NCBI GenBank assembly: GCA_013416795.1
Contig: RQSC01000033.1
Location: 288,567 to 352,566, forward strand
Length of the DNA stretch: 64,000 bases
Source: Prasinococcaceae sp. CCMP 1430
Taxonomy: Eukaryota > Plantae > Prasinodermophyta
Reading direction: 5' to 3'
A program made the position numbers and the translations under genes. Position 1 is the first letter of the stretch, and every line of letters starts with the position of its first letter. This document shows positions 31,918-43,929 of this stretch, piece after piece. The notes under the pieces were generated by a model. It did no database searches and was not told the DNA's origin. It saw only the letters and a program-made list of their open reading frames with translations.

Positions 31918-33302
31918 CTAGTGCACTCCTACCGCTCGGCCATGAACGCGGAGGCGGTAAACGCATGTGTACTGTGAGCGCGCGCGAGGTACGTGACGCG
32001 TCAGTGCTTCTGAACGCGCGTCTGCATGCATGCTCGCGCGCACGAATGCGCGTGCGCACCGCGCCTCACCTCCTCATGTCCATGATTCGAGGTCACATTG
32101 AGTCTCACATGCGTAGCAAGAGCCTGCTGCTGCTTCTGCTTGAGCGTGAAGGTCTGCAGGGATGGTTGCAGGTCGAACTCACCGGCTTCGCTTGCAGTGG
32201 TGCCATTGCCTCCCTCGGCCCAGAAGGTCACGGTGAACGCCTTGGGTGCCGAGCGCACGTCGTAGGCTATGCTGCGGGGAATGTGCTCGATCGTGACTGC
32301 CGTGGGGACGATCGCCGTGCGAAGCTTGACGTCCACCCATCCGCTGCTGCCATTGAACGGGAGGCACTGCCCAGGTACCTGTGCCCCTGGAGAGAGCAGC
32401 CACTGCGACGCCAGCGGATGCGGGCGGGCGTCGAATCTGAATGCCTGCGCCATGGACGCCAGCCAGCTCCCCACGAGCTCGCCACGCGGCCCGCCGGGAG
32501 TCTCCGAGGCGAGCTGCGAGTGGGCCACCACAGCAGCTCCTCCGTTGAGCAGCGCGTAGTCCGGCAGGCCAGTCCTGTCTGCTTCGAACTTGTTGAGCTC
32601 GGCCGCCATCAACTCGCGGACGGCGGCTTCGGAGAGAACCTTGCTCGATCGCTTGGCCACCGCCTCGTCATGGGCCGCGAGGGAGCGGGACAGCTCAGCG
32701 GAGAACGCATCCAGCTTCGCCGCCGCCGAACGCTCGAGCTCGTCCAGCTGTGCCTGGACCGCCTCGATAGCGCTTGCCGCGTCAGGCGCGAGCGAATCCA
32801 TCTCCGCGCGCAGAGCGTTCGCGCTTGACGCGATGTCGCCACGCACGCTGGCCAGCTGATCCGCGAGGCGGCTGTCGATGCGCTCATCCACAACCCCCAA
32901 ATTCAGCTGCGGAAACAGCCCCAACGCACTCGAAGCAGCAGTGGCACCGATCGCGAGCACGACCATCGAGAGCAGGGCTGCGGGCATGGCGCTGCGCTCC
33001 CTCGGCGCTGCGCCGCGTTTCACGCCGCACGTCGAACGTGTCGGCAGCGACAAGACCCAGTCTCCAACTTCCTCGATCCACGTGCCTGGCGCCATCTCGG
33101 CGCCGCCAACTGCCTGCATCGCTCGCCAGCCAGGCGAGCGTGGCTCCTCGTCCTCCTCCTCTTCATCGTCTTCTTCCTCCTCCTCCTCCTCTTCCTGCTC
33201 CCGCAGCCGCTCCTTCGGAGGCGCGGCACTCTCGCCCGCACCCTTCCCGTCCGCCGCCGCGGAGCCCCTGCGCGCGCTGCTCCTCCTCCGCGCGGGCGCC
33301 AT
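31918..33302 (-). CDS. C-terminal SUN domain protein (SUN1/2-like, LINC complex)
   Basis: ATG 33302; acidic tract, TM, coiled coil, DYALLNGGA, PGQCLPF, TIEHIP...SAPK. Intron 31972-32069 joins SNHGHEE to YTCVYRLRVHG. Confidence 0.9.
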
Positions 33303-33874
33303 GCCGCGGCCCCTGACCGTCGCCCCTCCCCCCTTCCCCCCCGCTGCCGCCCGGGCCCTCTCGCTGCACCGCGCCGCTGCTGCGGCGCGCGACCGCGCGC
33401 GCTGTGGCGGCCCGCCGCAGCGGCAACACCCGCGCGGCCTGCTGGCGCGCGCCAAAAACGGCACATCACAAACACAAGGCGCCCGAGGAGAAAAATAATA
33501 AAAGCGAATCGAAGTCGAGAACGAAAGCGAAAGCGCGCAGCGTTGCTGCGTTTTTTTTTTTTTTTTGGCCGCCCGCGCCCGTTCGAAAGTGTCCAACGCG
33601 CGCGCGCGCGCGCGCGCGTTTCTGGGGGGAGTTCAGGTTGAGAGGTCATTTTGAGAGGGAATCGCGCGATGGAAATATGCAGTACCATTTTGATGGTGAA
33701 TTTACATTGCATTCTGTGAGTTTAGGGTAAACCCTCTATACCCCTCGCGTAGATGTGTGCACAGTGGAGCTGTCTGTGCGCGCGGGAGTGTGGTGGGTGT
33801 GCCACACGTGCGGGGAGGGGTGGCGGTGAGGGGAGGGTGTGTGTGTGTTGGGGTGTGGGGCTCGAGGGTCAGAA

Positions 33875-36157
33875 ATGGCTACTTTCCGCCGCGCGTTAGC
33901 CGCGGACGCCGCAGACGCCGTGCATGCGCCCCTGGGGGCCGGCCCCGCGGCCGCGGGCCAGCGCGCGCCGCCGGTGGGTGTCCTGGGGGCCGACACAGAC
34001 GACGCGCCGGCGGCACTGGTAGACGCCGCGTCGATGGCCTCGGCCGCAGGTCTGGACGACGAGTCGCGCCTCGAGGATGTCGAGGCTGTCGAGATTATCT
34101 TCACCGAGGTCACGCACATCTCGGCGCAAGCGCTCGGCCGCTGTGAGCGCCTGCGCGAGCTCTCGCTCATCGAGAATGGGCTGCGCGTGCTGCCTCCGGT
34201 GAACGCCGTCGCGCGCACGCTCACGCGCCTTGTGCTGAGCGACCAGCCGCTCTCGCGCACGGTGGGCCTCGGGCAGCTCCCGCACTTGCGCGAGCTGCTC
34301 ATCACCCACTGCCAGCTCGGTGCGCTCGAGGGCCTCGAGGGCTGCCGGGGCCTGCAGCGGCTGTGGGTGTACGGCAATGCGATCCGCGAGCTGGACGGCG
34401 TGGCGTGCCTCGGGGACCTGCGCGAGCTATGGGTGCAGAGCAATCTCATCTCGAGCCTCGAGCCGCTCCAGTCGCTCGCCAACCTCCAGGTGCTCGCGCT
34501 GTCGGGCAATCGGTTGCGCAAGGTCGGGCAGCTCGAGCCGCTGAAATTCCTGCCGGCGCTTCGCGACCTGAGCTGCGACGACAGCCACTTCCCAGCGTGC
34601 GAAGTGTGCGACGCGCCCGGGTATCGCTCCGCAGTGGTGCACCATCTGGGGCAGGTTGACACGCTGGACGGGGAGCCGATCTCGGGCGCTGAGCGGCAAC
34701 AAACGGAGGACACATACCTGGCGAGTGCGATTGCTTTCAACGACCGCATCGAGGAGCTCAAGGCTGCGAACGCGCTGCGCCGGGACGAGCTCGAACGGCT
34801 ACGCCGCCAGAACACGGCCGTTGCTGCTTCCGCGCGGGCGATGCTGGCCACGAAACTGCGGCAGCTGGAGGGCCTCATTGCGGGTGGGCGGGCGAAGGTG
34901 GTGGACGCGCTCGAGCGAGCAGCGCACACGCGGGCGAGGGCAAGGACCGCGCTCGATGCGACGCTAGCCGAGCTGCGGCAGCGCCATGCCGCAGCCGCAG
35001 AACGAGCAGTGATGGCAGCGGAAGCCGACGCGGCCCGCGCGGATGAAGCTGCCGAGCGCATGGGGCACCAGGCGCGCTTCCAGCAGGACGAGGCCGAGCG
35101 GTTGCTCGCGCTCACCGCCAGCACCGAGGGGCGCGTGTTTGCGCACGAGCTCATACGCGACAGCCCCGAGGGGGAGCGCGAGTACGACTTTGTCTCTTCT
35201 GAGCTCGGGCATGCGCTGGACATCCCGCCGGATGCGACCGCGCCACCTGACCGCGACTGGCGGCCGCTGAGCATGTACCGCATCACAGACACGGCGGCGT
35301 ACGCGCGCTTCCGCGCCATGGGCGCCGGTCGCGGCGAGCACGGGTGCCGCTGGCTGTGGCTTGGCTGTGGCATGGAAACGTTGCATCGCACGATCCAGGC
35401 GGCCCACGCGCCACGCTCCAGTGGCGTGGCAGAGTCGCTCACGTACTTCGCCCGCCCAGCCGACGCCGCCGAGGCGCAGCTGTCGGCTGTGAAGCCAGTC
35501 GCATCGCGTGTGGCGTTGCGCCGCGGCGAGATAGAGCCTGAGACAACGGGCGCCGACCGGCCCGTCGCGCTGCTCTTGTGCCAGGTGTGGGTGGCCACGC
35601 AGCAGCAGCTACAGGCACCAGCACTGCGTCGCAAGCCGGACGAGGTGCTCCCTCTCTACTACGTCCAGCTCACGGTTGGAACACCCGCGCTAGAGAATGA
35701 GGACGCCTTCGAGGACATCGCCCGGGCAGCCTTCTTATCCGGGAAGCGTATGCCTACACCAGCCGACGACGATGCGCACGCAGAGATGAGCGCGATCGAG
35801 GAAGAAGCCAATCGGGCGATCCGTGAATATCGTCACCAGCTATGGGTCGACTACGACCCGGAGCTCGCGGAGTCAGTGCGATGCGAGGAAGAAAAGGCGG
35901 ATGAGCTTGAAAGGGTACTCAGAGATCTCAAGGCCGCGAATCTGCAGGAGAGGGACGCCCAGGATGACCTCATGCACAACTGCGCTCGCGCCCAGTTGCA
36001 GGCGCGCGCAGCGAGCGGCGAGCCAGAGCGCAAGACCCTCAGGCCGCCGCTCGGAACCGGAGTCCCACAAAGGCTGCGCAGGACGCAATCTGCTCGTCCG
36101 TCGGGGCAGAGGCACGGTCAGCTTGCTCGTGACGACAGCGAGCCACGCCCAAGGTGA
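33875..36157 (+). CDS. SDS22-type LRR protein with coiled coil and degenerate PARP-like domain (LRRC9-like)
   Basis: LxxLxLxxNxI repeats with an LRR cap (VCDAPGYRSAV...LDG), a coiled coil, then a segment matching the PARP-fold pattern. The LRRC9 identity is inference. Confidence 0.75.
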   Translation: MATFRRALAADAADAVHAPLGAGPAAAGQRAPPVGVLGADTDDAPAALVDAASMASAAGLDDESRLEDVEAVEIIFTEVTHISAQALGRCERLRELSLIENGLRVLPPVNAVARTLTRLVLSDQPLSRTVGLGQLPHLRELLITHCQLGALEGLEGCRGLQRLWVYGNAIRELDGVACLGDLRELWVQSNLISSLEPLQSLANLQVLALSGNRLRKVGQLEPLKFLPALRDLSCDDSHFPACEVCDAPGYRSAVVHHLGQVDTLDGEPISGAERQQTEDTYLASAIAFNDRIEELKAANALRRDELERLRRQNTAVAASARAMLATKLRQLEGLIAGGRAKVVDALERAAHTRARARTALDATLAELRQRHAAAAERAVMAAEADAARADEAAERMGHQARFQQDEAERLLALTASTEGRVFAHELIRDSPEGEREYDFVSSELGHALDIPPDATAPPDRDWRPLSMYRITDTAAYARFRAMGAGRGEHGCRWLWLGCGMETLHRTIQAAHAPRSSGVAESLTYFARPADAAEAQLSAVKPVASRVALRRGEIEPETTGADRPVALLLCQVWVATQQQLQAPALRRKPDEVLPLYYVQLTVGTPALENEDAFEDIARAAFLSGKRMPTPADDDAHAEMSAIEEEANRAIREYRHQLWVDYDPELAESVRCEEEKADELERVLRDLKAANLQERDAQDDLMHNCARAQLQARAASGEPERKTLRPPLGTGVPQRLRRTQSARPSGQRHGQLARDDSEPRPR

Positions 36158-36639
36158 CGCATTGGGTGCAGGTGTGACGAGGCGACTGCACAGAATAACG
36201 ATGATGAATGATGCAATCCCAGACGGGGACAGACTTCAAATAACATACGTGTACACAGAGGATCGAGATTTGCCCTTTTGAGTTCGGGTGCGGTTGTGCT
36301 CCTGTTCCCCGCACACTCTCGCGCGCCCCCCCCGCGGCGCCCGCGGAGCAACCGACGCGATCCATCGCGCTGCCGCTTTGGGCGCGAAGCAGTTGCGCGC
36401 CGCGTAGGGCAAAGCCGAGGCGCCGCGCACGCGCAAGGGTGGGGTGGGGTGGGGGTGGGGCAGAGCGCGCGCAGCGGGAGGCGGCGGCGGGGCGTGGGCG
36501 AGAGACGGCGGGGGAGGGGACGGCGCGGCGCGGCTGGGCGCCGCAGGCGACTGCCGAGCGGGCCTAGGGGGCGCGGGCGGGAGGCGTAGTGCGCTCACGC
36601 CCGGAGGCGTGCGCGGGGGTTGCGCGCGCGGCTGCGACG

Positions 36640-38052
36640 ATGCCTTCAGGAACGATGAAGCCCACGCCGCCGGCCGCCAATGCGGGTCTTGGCAAACGCG
36701 AAGTGCGTGCGCAGGGGCTCAAGAATGCTGTTGCCGCCGCCGATAAGAGCACTACCCCCAAAAGCAAGAACACTCTTGCCGCAGTGCGCGCGCGGGAGCT
36801 CAAGAACGCTGTTGCCGCTGCCGACGAGAGCACTACCCCCGAACGCAAGAACACTCTTGCCGCCGCCAGGGCGGACACTCTTGCCGCCGCAAGGGTGTTG
36901 TATAGCCCCGGAGCAGCGCTGGCGGAGATCAAGCGCGCAAGGAGGGCCAAGAAAGACGCGCACAAGCAGGAAGTAGCGCGCAAGGCTCTTGTGGCGCGGT
37001 TCGCACGGGAGAAAGCGGATGCGTTGGGCGAGATAGCTGAGCTGAGGGCCGAACTGGAGAAGAGCAACAAGGCGGCCGAGGCGGCCGACGCGGAGAGCGC
37101 CGCTACGATAGCTGAGAGCGCCGCTACGATAGCTGAGCTGCAGGCCAAGCTGGAGAAGAGCACCAAGGCGGCCGAGGAGGCCGACGCGGAGCGCGCGGCT
37201 ACGATAACCAAGCTGCAGGCCGAGCTGAAGGAGAGCCGTGCGGCGACCGAGAAGGCCAAGGCGGACGCTCAGACGCTTATGCAGGAGTCCAAGAGGGACG
37301 AAGGCAGCGTGAAAGGAGTGCACGCGGAGGAAAAGGTGGATTCCTCGGGCGACTCTAAGGAGCAGGTACGGGCGACTCCTGGAAGATCTGCCGAGCCCTC
37401 GCCCGAGGTGAAGGCCGCGGCTCGCGAGGGGGCCACCAAGGTGGCGGCCGCGCTCCGCGGCGTGACCAACGTGGCCAGCGCAGCGAGAGCAATGGCGGCA
37501 AGTGGACGCGCCGTCAACGCGCCATCGCTCGTGCATATGGTCGGAAGGCTCAAAATACAAATGCTCCTCAACGGCAAGCCAGTGCTTGACATGGAACTCG
37601 CGAAACCTCGCGGCCTGTACAACGCCGCAGTGCGGTACTTCGCCCTGTCGGAGGACGGCTTGGTTGACTTCGACTGCAGAAAACCTCCCGGCGGCATGAT
37701 GGGCTCAGCCCTCGCGGAGCTCGTCTTGGTGCCAAAGGCCGGCCAGGCGCCCTTCATGCCCGGTGAAGGTGACATTCTGGGCATGTGCATCAATGACGGC
37801 GAGAGCGACGTGCTCCACGAGCCGAGCTGCATCAATGTGAAGGAGGTCCTGCGGAGCGCGGCTTCCCTGCGCACCAAGAGAAATGGTGGACAAAAGCGCT
37901 TCGCGCTGTGGAGTGACCTACGGCATTCTTCGACCTGGGGGGTGGACGCCGACACGGGTGATTGGTGCCTGCAGAGAGCGCGCGTGCGTCTTATGCACAT
38001 GCGCATCTTCCCGGAGCTTATGGATGGCGTAATCAGCCAGCTCGCGTTGTAA
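36640..38052 (+). CDS. Orphan coiled-coil protein with recent internal tandem repeats and an unknown C-terminal domain
   Basis: Long ORF with 81-nt, 24-nt, 21-nt and 75-nt repeat units; Ala/Glu/Lys-rich middle; globular-looking C-terminus. Confidence 0.6.
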   Translation: MPSGTMKPTPPAANAGLGKREVRAQGLKNAVAAADKSTTPKSKNTLAAVRARELKNAVAAADESTTPERKNTLAAARADTLAAARVLYSPGAALAEIKRARRAKKDAHKQEVARKALVARFAREKADALGEIAELRAELEKSNKAAEAADAESAATIAESAATIAELQAKLEKSTKAAEEADAERAATITKLQAELKESRAATEKAKADAQTLMQESKRDEGSVKGVHAEEKVDSSGDSKEQVRATPGRSAEPSPEVKAAAREGATKVAAALRGVTNVASAARAMAASGRAVNAPSLVHMVGRLKIQMLLNGKPVLDMELAKPRGLYNAAVRYFALSEDGLVDFDCRKPPGGMMGSALAELVLVPKAGQAPFMPGEGDILGMCINDGESDVLHEPSCINVKEVLRSAASLRTKRNGGQKRFALWSDLRHSSTWGVDADTGDWCLQRARVRLMHMRIFPELMDGVISQLAL

Positions 38053-38111
38053 TTAATCCAGATGTGCGCGTGATGTATGGGCGAGGCACCTGGCACATGT
38101 TCGCGCCCAAA

Positions 38112-40287
38112 CTAGACGCACGCCACGCCGAGTCCGAGTCGGGCCTCGACCATGGGTGGCACCTCGCGCCACGCGTTTGCGCGAGCATCGTACTCCTCCA
38201 CCGTTGCTACGGCAGCCTTGCCGTCGAAGCCCCCCACCGCATACAGCGTGCATCCCACCGAGGCCGCGCCGAGCAGCTGCCGCCCATGGTGCATGGACGC
38301 CAACGTGTGCCAGCCACGCGTGCGCGGATCGTAGCCTTCCACCGCGGTGAGAGACTTGGCGCCGTCGTAGCCCCCTGCTGCCACGAGCATGCCGCCACAT
38401 GCCGCCATTCCCAAGTCTCGACGGGGTGTCTGGGACGCGCGCGCGCGCGGAGAGGAAGGGGCGACGCGGTGGGCGAGGGATGGCGAGCGAGGCGTGATCC
38501 GTCAGCTGTGATGTTGGCTGGCGGCCGCGGAGCGCACGCACCGCGCGCTCCAGTCGCTCTCATTCTGCCAAGACGACATTGCGCGCCTTACCGACATGGG
38601 TGCGAGCCCCCACCACTGATCCGACCTTGGGTCGTACGCCTCGCACACGTTGAGGTAGTTTGGCGCCGAAAATCCCCCGACGGCATAAACCACGCCGTCC
38701 ATGGCCGCAACGCCAAGCTGCGCGCGCCCTCCCCAGGGCATGTCGCGCCCCTTGGTCCACCGCCCCGCGGCGCCGCTTGTCCGCGCACTGGGGTCGAAAA
38801 GCTCGGTGGCGGACAGGTACTTTTGGCCGTTGTAGCCGCCAACAGCGATCAGCCTGTCGGCCGCCCAGCATGCGCCGAGCCAAATACGCGGCGTGGGCAT
38901 GGGCGCTAGCTGGCGCCACGTGCCCGCCTGTAGGTTCAGTTCATGCGCATCGGGCAGAGTGGCCTTGCCATCCGAACCGCCAAGCGCCCACGCGAGTGTG
39001 CCCTCGGGATTCGCGGCACCGGCATGATAGCCGCGAGCGAACGGCAGCGGGGCGAGCGCCGACCACGCGCCCGCTCGCACATCAAAGCATTCACAACTCG
39101 CCAGCGGCGAGTTAGCACGCGCGAGGCCACCGAGGGCGATCAGCGAAACGGGCGAGGCGTCGGCGACGCTCCGGCCCGTCGCCGCCGCGGGCGGCAGCGG
39201 CGGGGCCTCAGACGCCAGCGACACCTGCTGCTGTTGCTGATGCTGATGCTGCTGTCGCTGATGCTGCTGTGGTGTAGGCGCGGCACTCGCGTGCGACACC
39301 CCCCCACCGCCTTCGGGGGCAAGTGTGCCGACGTGCCCGCCATCGATGGCAGCAATCAGCGGGGCGGCGCCTGCTCGCTCTGCCTCCGCTCGCAATGCGA
39401 GCCGCTCTGCCGACGCACCCGGAACGAAAATTGGCGCGCCGCTCAGCCACGCAACCATTGCCTCCACCTGAGGCGGTGCCACCTCGGCGGGTGTCTGTGC
39501 CACAGGCAGCGCGACCGCGCCAGGCATGGGTGTCTGCGCTGCGGCCACGAGCGACTGCGCCTGAGTGCCAGGGCGCGTTTGCGCGGACATGCCGTAGCGC
39601 GTTTGCGTCAGCAGACGTGTGCCGGCGCGCGAGCGCAAGTGTGCGCGACTCCAGCTTTTGCACTCTGCCCGTAAAAAATGCGCACCCATCGGCACTCTTG
39701 TCGGCGCGTGCACGTACCTGCTGCGCCGCCGCTGCCTGCGCCACCCTCTGACCCTCCAGGAACGCCTCGTGGCGCTCGAACTCCGTGCGGTACGCCGTCC
39801 AGGTCGCCTCAGCAGCGGCGCGCTGTTGCGTGTCCGCCTCGCGCTTGGCCTCGAGCTCCTGCCAGGCGGAGGCAATCTGCTGGCGCTGCGACTCGAGCTC
39901 TTGTTCTGCGCTCGCCTGATGTGCGGCAAACGCCTCCCTCTCGGCGTCCAGGGCTGCGCGCTCGGCCGCGAGCGCCTGCCGGACGGCCTCGAGCTGCTGC
40001 GCAGCGGACTCGCGTTCGGCGGCAACGTGGCCGCGCACCGCTCCGACGGCCGCCCCAACATCCTCGACGAAGGTGCGCACCAGCGTGTCCACGCGCTCCA
40101 TGGAGGCCACCAGCGGGTCGGAACCCGCCATCGCCGCTGCCAGTGCGGCCTGCGCCTGCGTCGCCGGCGTGGGCACAGGAGGCGCGGGCGCGGCCGCGCC
40201 GCCGCGCCCCCTCCCCTCGCCCGTCCTCCCCCGCTTTTTGATTTTGATTTTGATTTTGATTTTGATTACGCCGCGCGCGGCCGCCAT
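38112..40287 (-). CDS. Kelch-repeat protein with N-terminal coiled coil
   Basis: Introns 38430-38591 and 39561-39717; six GG-containing Kelch repeats (YAVGG...E.YDP...W). Start is ATG 40131, or ATG 40287 with an intron from 40269. Confidence 0.88.
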
Positions 40288-40694
40288 TCGCCCCCTCCTG
40301 CGCTGCGCCACGCCCCTGGCCTCGCAGGGGGCTGGCGAGCGTCCGCGCGCGCAAGCGCCCGAGGTGGAGAGGGGGGGGGAGAGAGAGAGGCCCCGCCCGG
40401 CCTCGCGCACCCTCTGGCCCGTGCGTGGTCCCGGCCTGCGGCGGCGCGCCCGCGTGCGCGGTTCAAATGCGATTCAATTCGGAAAACTCCACTGACGCCA
40501 ACACGCGGCCGGGGAACTGGCTTCCCACGGGCGAGCCCAAAAGGTTGCATCACATTGAAAGGGCGCAAAGACCAGCGGCGGAGAGAGTGCGCGGTGGCGT
40601 CGGCTGGCGACGGTGGCGCCCGAGGTGGGGCGCGAGTGCTTGTCCCCACCAACCACACGCGCGCGCGTGCGCGCGCGCGCGCGCGCGCGAGAGG

Positions 40695-41971
40695 ATGGTG
40701 AGGCCGCCCGCTGGCGCGGCCGCGCGCGTTCGCGAGGCGCTGCGCGCGTTCGCGCGCTGACTGCACGTCACCCCGGCGCCGCCGCGCCGCCGCAGGAGCC
40801 GTGGCGCGCGCAGCTCGCGTCGGGATGGGCGTCGGCGTTCACAGAAGCGCTCGAGACGGACTCATGGGGGCAGGTGGAGGAGGCTTTGGAGGCGTACTCA
40901 CGACTGCGCGACGCGCTCGATGACACGCTGCTGCTGGAGGACGAGCGCGCCGCATCGGGCCTGCCCGAGGGCGCCCCTGGCGGGCCGCTGCTGTCATATG
41001 TGGAGCGCGTACACGTGAGTCGACTGGCGCTTGGGCTGCGGCTGCGATGCGCTACGCTCAGCGGCCAACCCATTGACGAGCACGGCAACCTCAACCCCGG
41101 CCTCGCCGATATGAAGCGGTTAGCGCCGGCGTTCGAAGCGGGCCTCGAGGCCGCGCAGCGACCGTTTCCGCTGAGCCTTCGCTTCGACGTGCTAGGTAGA
41201 GGCGTAGACACCGGCGGAGAGATGGATGGGGGGGCTGGGAGCGGCGGCACGAGCGGCATGGGCGGGGCCGAGCTGATCGGCGGCAGCGCGAGCGGCGTGA
41301 CTCATTTCGGCGTCGTGGAAGGCCACGTGAGCGCGATGGGCGGCCCCAAGCCGCTGACGCGCAGCGCAGCAGCCGAGGTGGACGTGCTGCAGGAGCTCGA
41401 ATCGCCGAGGGGATCTGAATCCAAGAGGGCGCCGCCCAGCGTGGACGACGACTCGGATCCCGGCAGCGATGACGGGAATCTGCCGGCCGCGGTAGGCGGC
41501 ACGCTGCTCGGGCCTCCGCGCCTCGTGATGAGCGGCGCGCGCATGCTGACCATCACCGTGAATCGCATCGGGCTGAAGGACGCCGCTGACTACATAGACC
41601 CGTTCATGACGGTGAGCGTGTGCGACGGCAATGGTCAGCTCATTGAGGGCTCCCAGGACACTCCCCTATCCGTGGGCGTCGAGGGGCGGGACGTGCTCTT
41701 CGGCTTCAAGGTGCATATCCAGACGCCGCTCAACGAGCTGCGACCCTCCAGCGCCATCTTCCTCGAGTTCAAGCACTGGAAGCCCACCAAGCGCAAAATT
41801 AGTACGCGCTGCTGGTCGCTGCTCGAGATGGACGAGCTACGCAATGGGGCCGCAGTGCTCGAGGTGTACAAGAAGCCCACCGACTTCAAGAAGAGGCTGA
41901 GCTCCATGCGGCTGCTGAGCGTCAAGCCACTCTACATGCAGCTGCAGATGGACGTGCGCACGGCACAATAG
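40695..41971 (+). CDS. AIDA: Axin interactor dorsalization-associated (AIDA)-like protein with C-terminal C2 domain
   Basis: ATG-only first exon 40695-40697, intron 40698-40795. DSWGQVEEA, IGLKDA...YIDPF, AIFLEFKHWKP...STRCWS, YKKPTDF, KPLY. Confidence 0.88.
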
Positions 41972-42373
41972 CCCAACAGTGGTGGCGGCGCGTACCCTGT
42001 GCTCGCGCACCTTTCGAGTTCGAGCGCAATTCAATCTTCTTGTAATCACCACTGCTACACGTCGATTGCCCGCGCTGCCTGGCGCGCCTGCCGAGGGCGA
42101 CCACGGTGCCGAAGAAGCGGCAGACACAACGGAGGAGGAGAGGACGGGGCACAAGAAATAGCGAATTAGTCATAGCTGCTGCAAAAAAAGTGCACCGTGC
42201 GCTGCTCGCCCCCACCGAGGGCCGGGCAGTCGCCGAGGGTCCCACCCTCGTCCGCGACGAACACTGCGCGAGGGCGGGGGAGCACATGGCGCGCACCCAG
42301 CGCGCGCAGTGCGGCACGGGGGATAAGAACGCCGTGGGCGGCTCGGTCGGTCAGCCGTTGCCAAGCGCTCGGC

Positions 42374-43078
42374 TCAGGAGACGACGCACGCGCACTTGGG
42401 CTCTGCCGCCTTGCCCTTCTGCGACTCCGCCGACTTGGCCGGCGCAGCGCCCGCGGGCCTGATCCACAAGTGCAGTGTGGTCACAATGGGTTCACCCGAC
42501 TCGTCGGCACCCGACGCCAGATGATAGTCGGCCAGCGTCTTCGTGTTGTCAAGGATCTTCCCACCGTGAATGAGCTTGAGGTCTGCCGCGCTCTGCGGCG
42601 GCGTCTTTATAGCAGCTGCACGCGCATGCGTCCGACACAGTCGCAGGGGGCGCGTCAGCACAGGCGGTGGCAGGACGAGCGCACAGGCTGCGCAGCGAGG
42701 CCCAGGCCACCCCAAGGCGCGCACATCCACCACCGCCGCAGCGGCCGTGCCCTTCTCTCGTGCGCGTAGCAGCTTCTCGTCACGCACACCGCCGAGCGCC
42801 CCTTGGGGCAGTCGCGCACCCGTGGGATGGCACCGTCCTGAAAGCTTCGCTTCCTGCTGACGCGTTCTTTTTCGGACGGCGCCGCTGCCCGGCGCGAGGG
42901 CGCGCAGACTCTAGGCGGGCGCGGGCAGTGCCGCGGCGCGTTGCGCACCATTCCCCTTGACGTCCTCCGCAAGCTGCGCCTTGAGCTTGGCCACTGAAAG
43001 CGTGAGCGGGTACTCGGTGGGCCCGACGTCGACGCCGTCCACGCAGCGGAAGCGCAGCGCGCACGTCGCAGCGCTCAT
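42374..43078 (-). CDS. MUB: Membrane-anchored ubiquitin-fold protein
   Basis: Exons 42949-43078 and 42374-42615. LRFR...DVGP, LKLIHGGKILDN, C-terminal CACVVS (prenylation/palmitoylation-type). Confidence 0.88.
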
Positions 43079-43929
43079 CGCGCAGGGGCCGCGGCGCCGC
43101 ACGGCCCCCGCGCCCTCGCTGCGCACCCCTGCTCTCCTCCCCGCCGCTCACCGGCCCTGCTCCCCTCCGAAAGCTCTCCAAAGGCGCCCCGCGCCTTCCC
43201 ACCTCCCCTCCCCCTGACCCAACCCAAGCCCGCCCCGCGCACACGCCCGCGGCGCCGCCGGCGCCGTCACGCGCGCGCTCTGTGGCGCGCCGATGACGCG
43301 CGCCGCACTCGAGTTTTTTTTTTTTAAAGGATGGCGTGCACCCGCTCTATTCGATCTGACCAACCGCGCGCGCCTTCGATTTTTTTTTCGGACAGCAGCC
43401 GGGCTGGATTAGATGGGCTTTCGGACGGATTGGGATTTTTGAATTCCGATGAATTGACTCGAGTCAGTCATCAGTTGACTTTCATCTCCGTCTCACCATC
43501 ATTTCGACCAGGCAGACAGCGCAAGCGCACCAAAAACGGCGGGCGCCGCGCCCGCGTGCGCGCGTTGCGTTCGTCCGCGACGGTCCCCAACAATCTAATC
43601 GGTCCGCGTCGATTGCGAAAGCATGCGCATCGATGTCAAAACGTCCGGAGCGCGATCCGAATTCCGTCACGCCGCCCGCGTCCCGTCGAAAACGCGGGTT
43701 GCGAAAACCCGAGCCGCCTGCGCTCCGTCAGCACGTTCCCCGTTTCGGTTTCGTGTCTCCCGGGCTGCTGCTGCGGCGGGCGCGCCACAGCACACGCGCA
43801 GGGCGAGGTGGCGAGAGGGTGGGGTGGGGAGGCGCCGCGCCGATGGCGCGCGCGCGCGCCGTCGCCGCGCGTCCGGCGCTGGAGGTGGCACCGGCGGCTC
43901 AAGTACCGGCAGCGCAGACTTGGGGCTGA

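Noticed and set aside
36718-37240. Repeats as a CRISPR array
   Set aside because: They are in-frame coding tandem repeats without unique spacers, there are no cas genes, and the context is eukaryotic.
40236-40268. (ATCAAA)n encoding an IKIKIK peptide
   Set aside because: It begins at a GTAATC donor-like site and is probably intronic or UTR simple repeat.
43927-43929. In-frame TGA as selenocysteine or readthrough
   Set aside because: No redox motif and no SECIS identified; an unresolved intron or sequence error is simpler.
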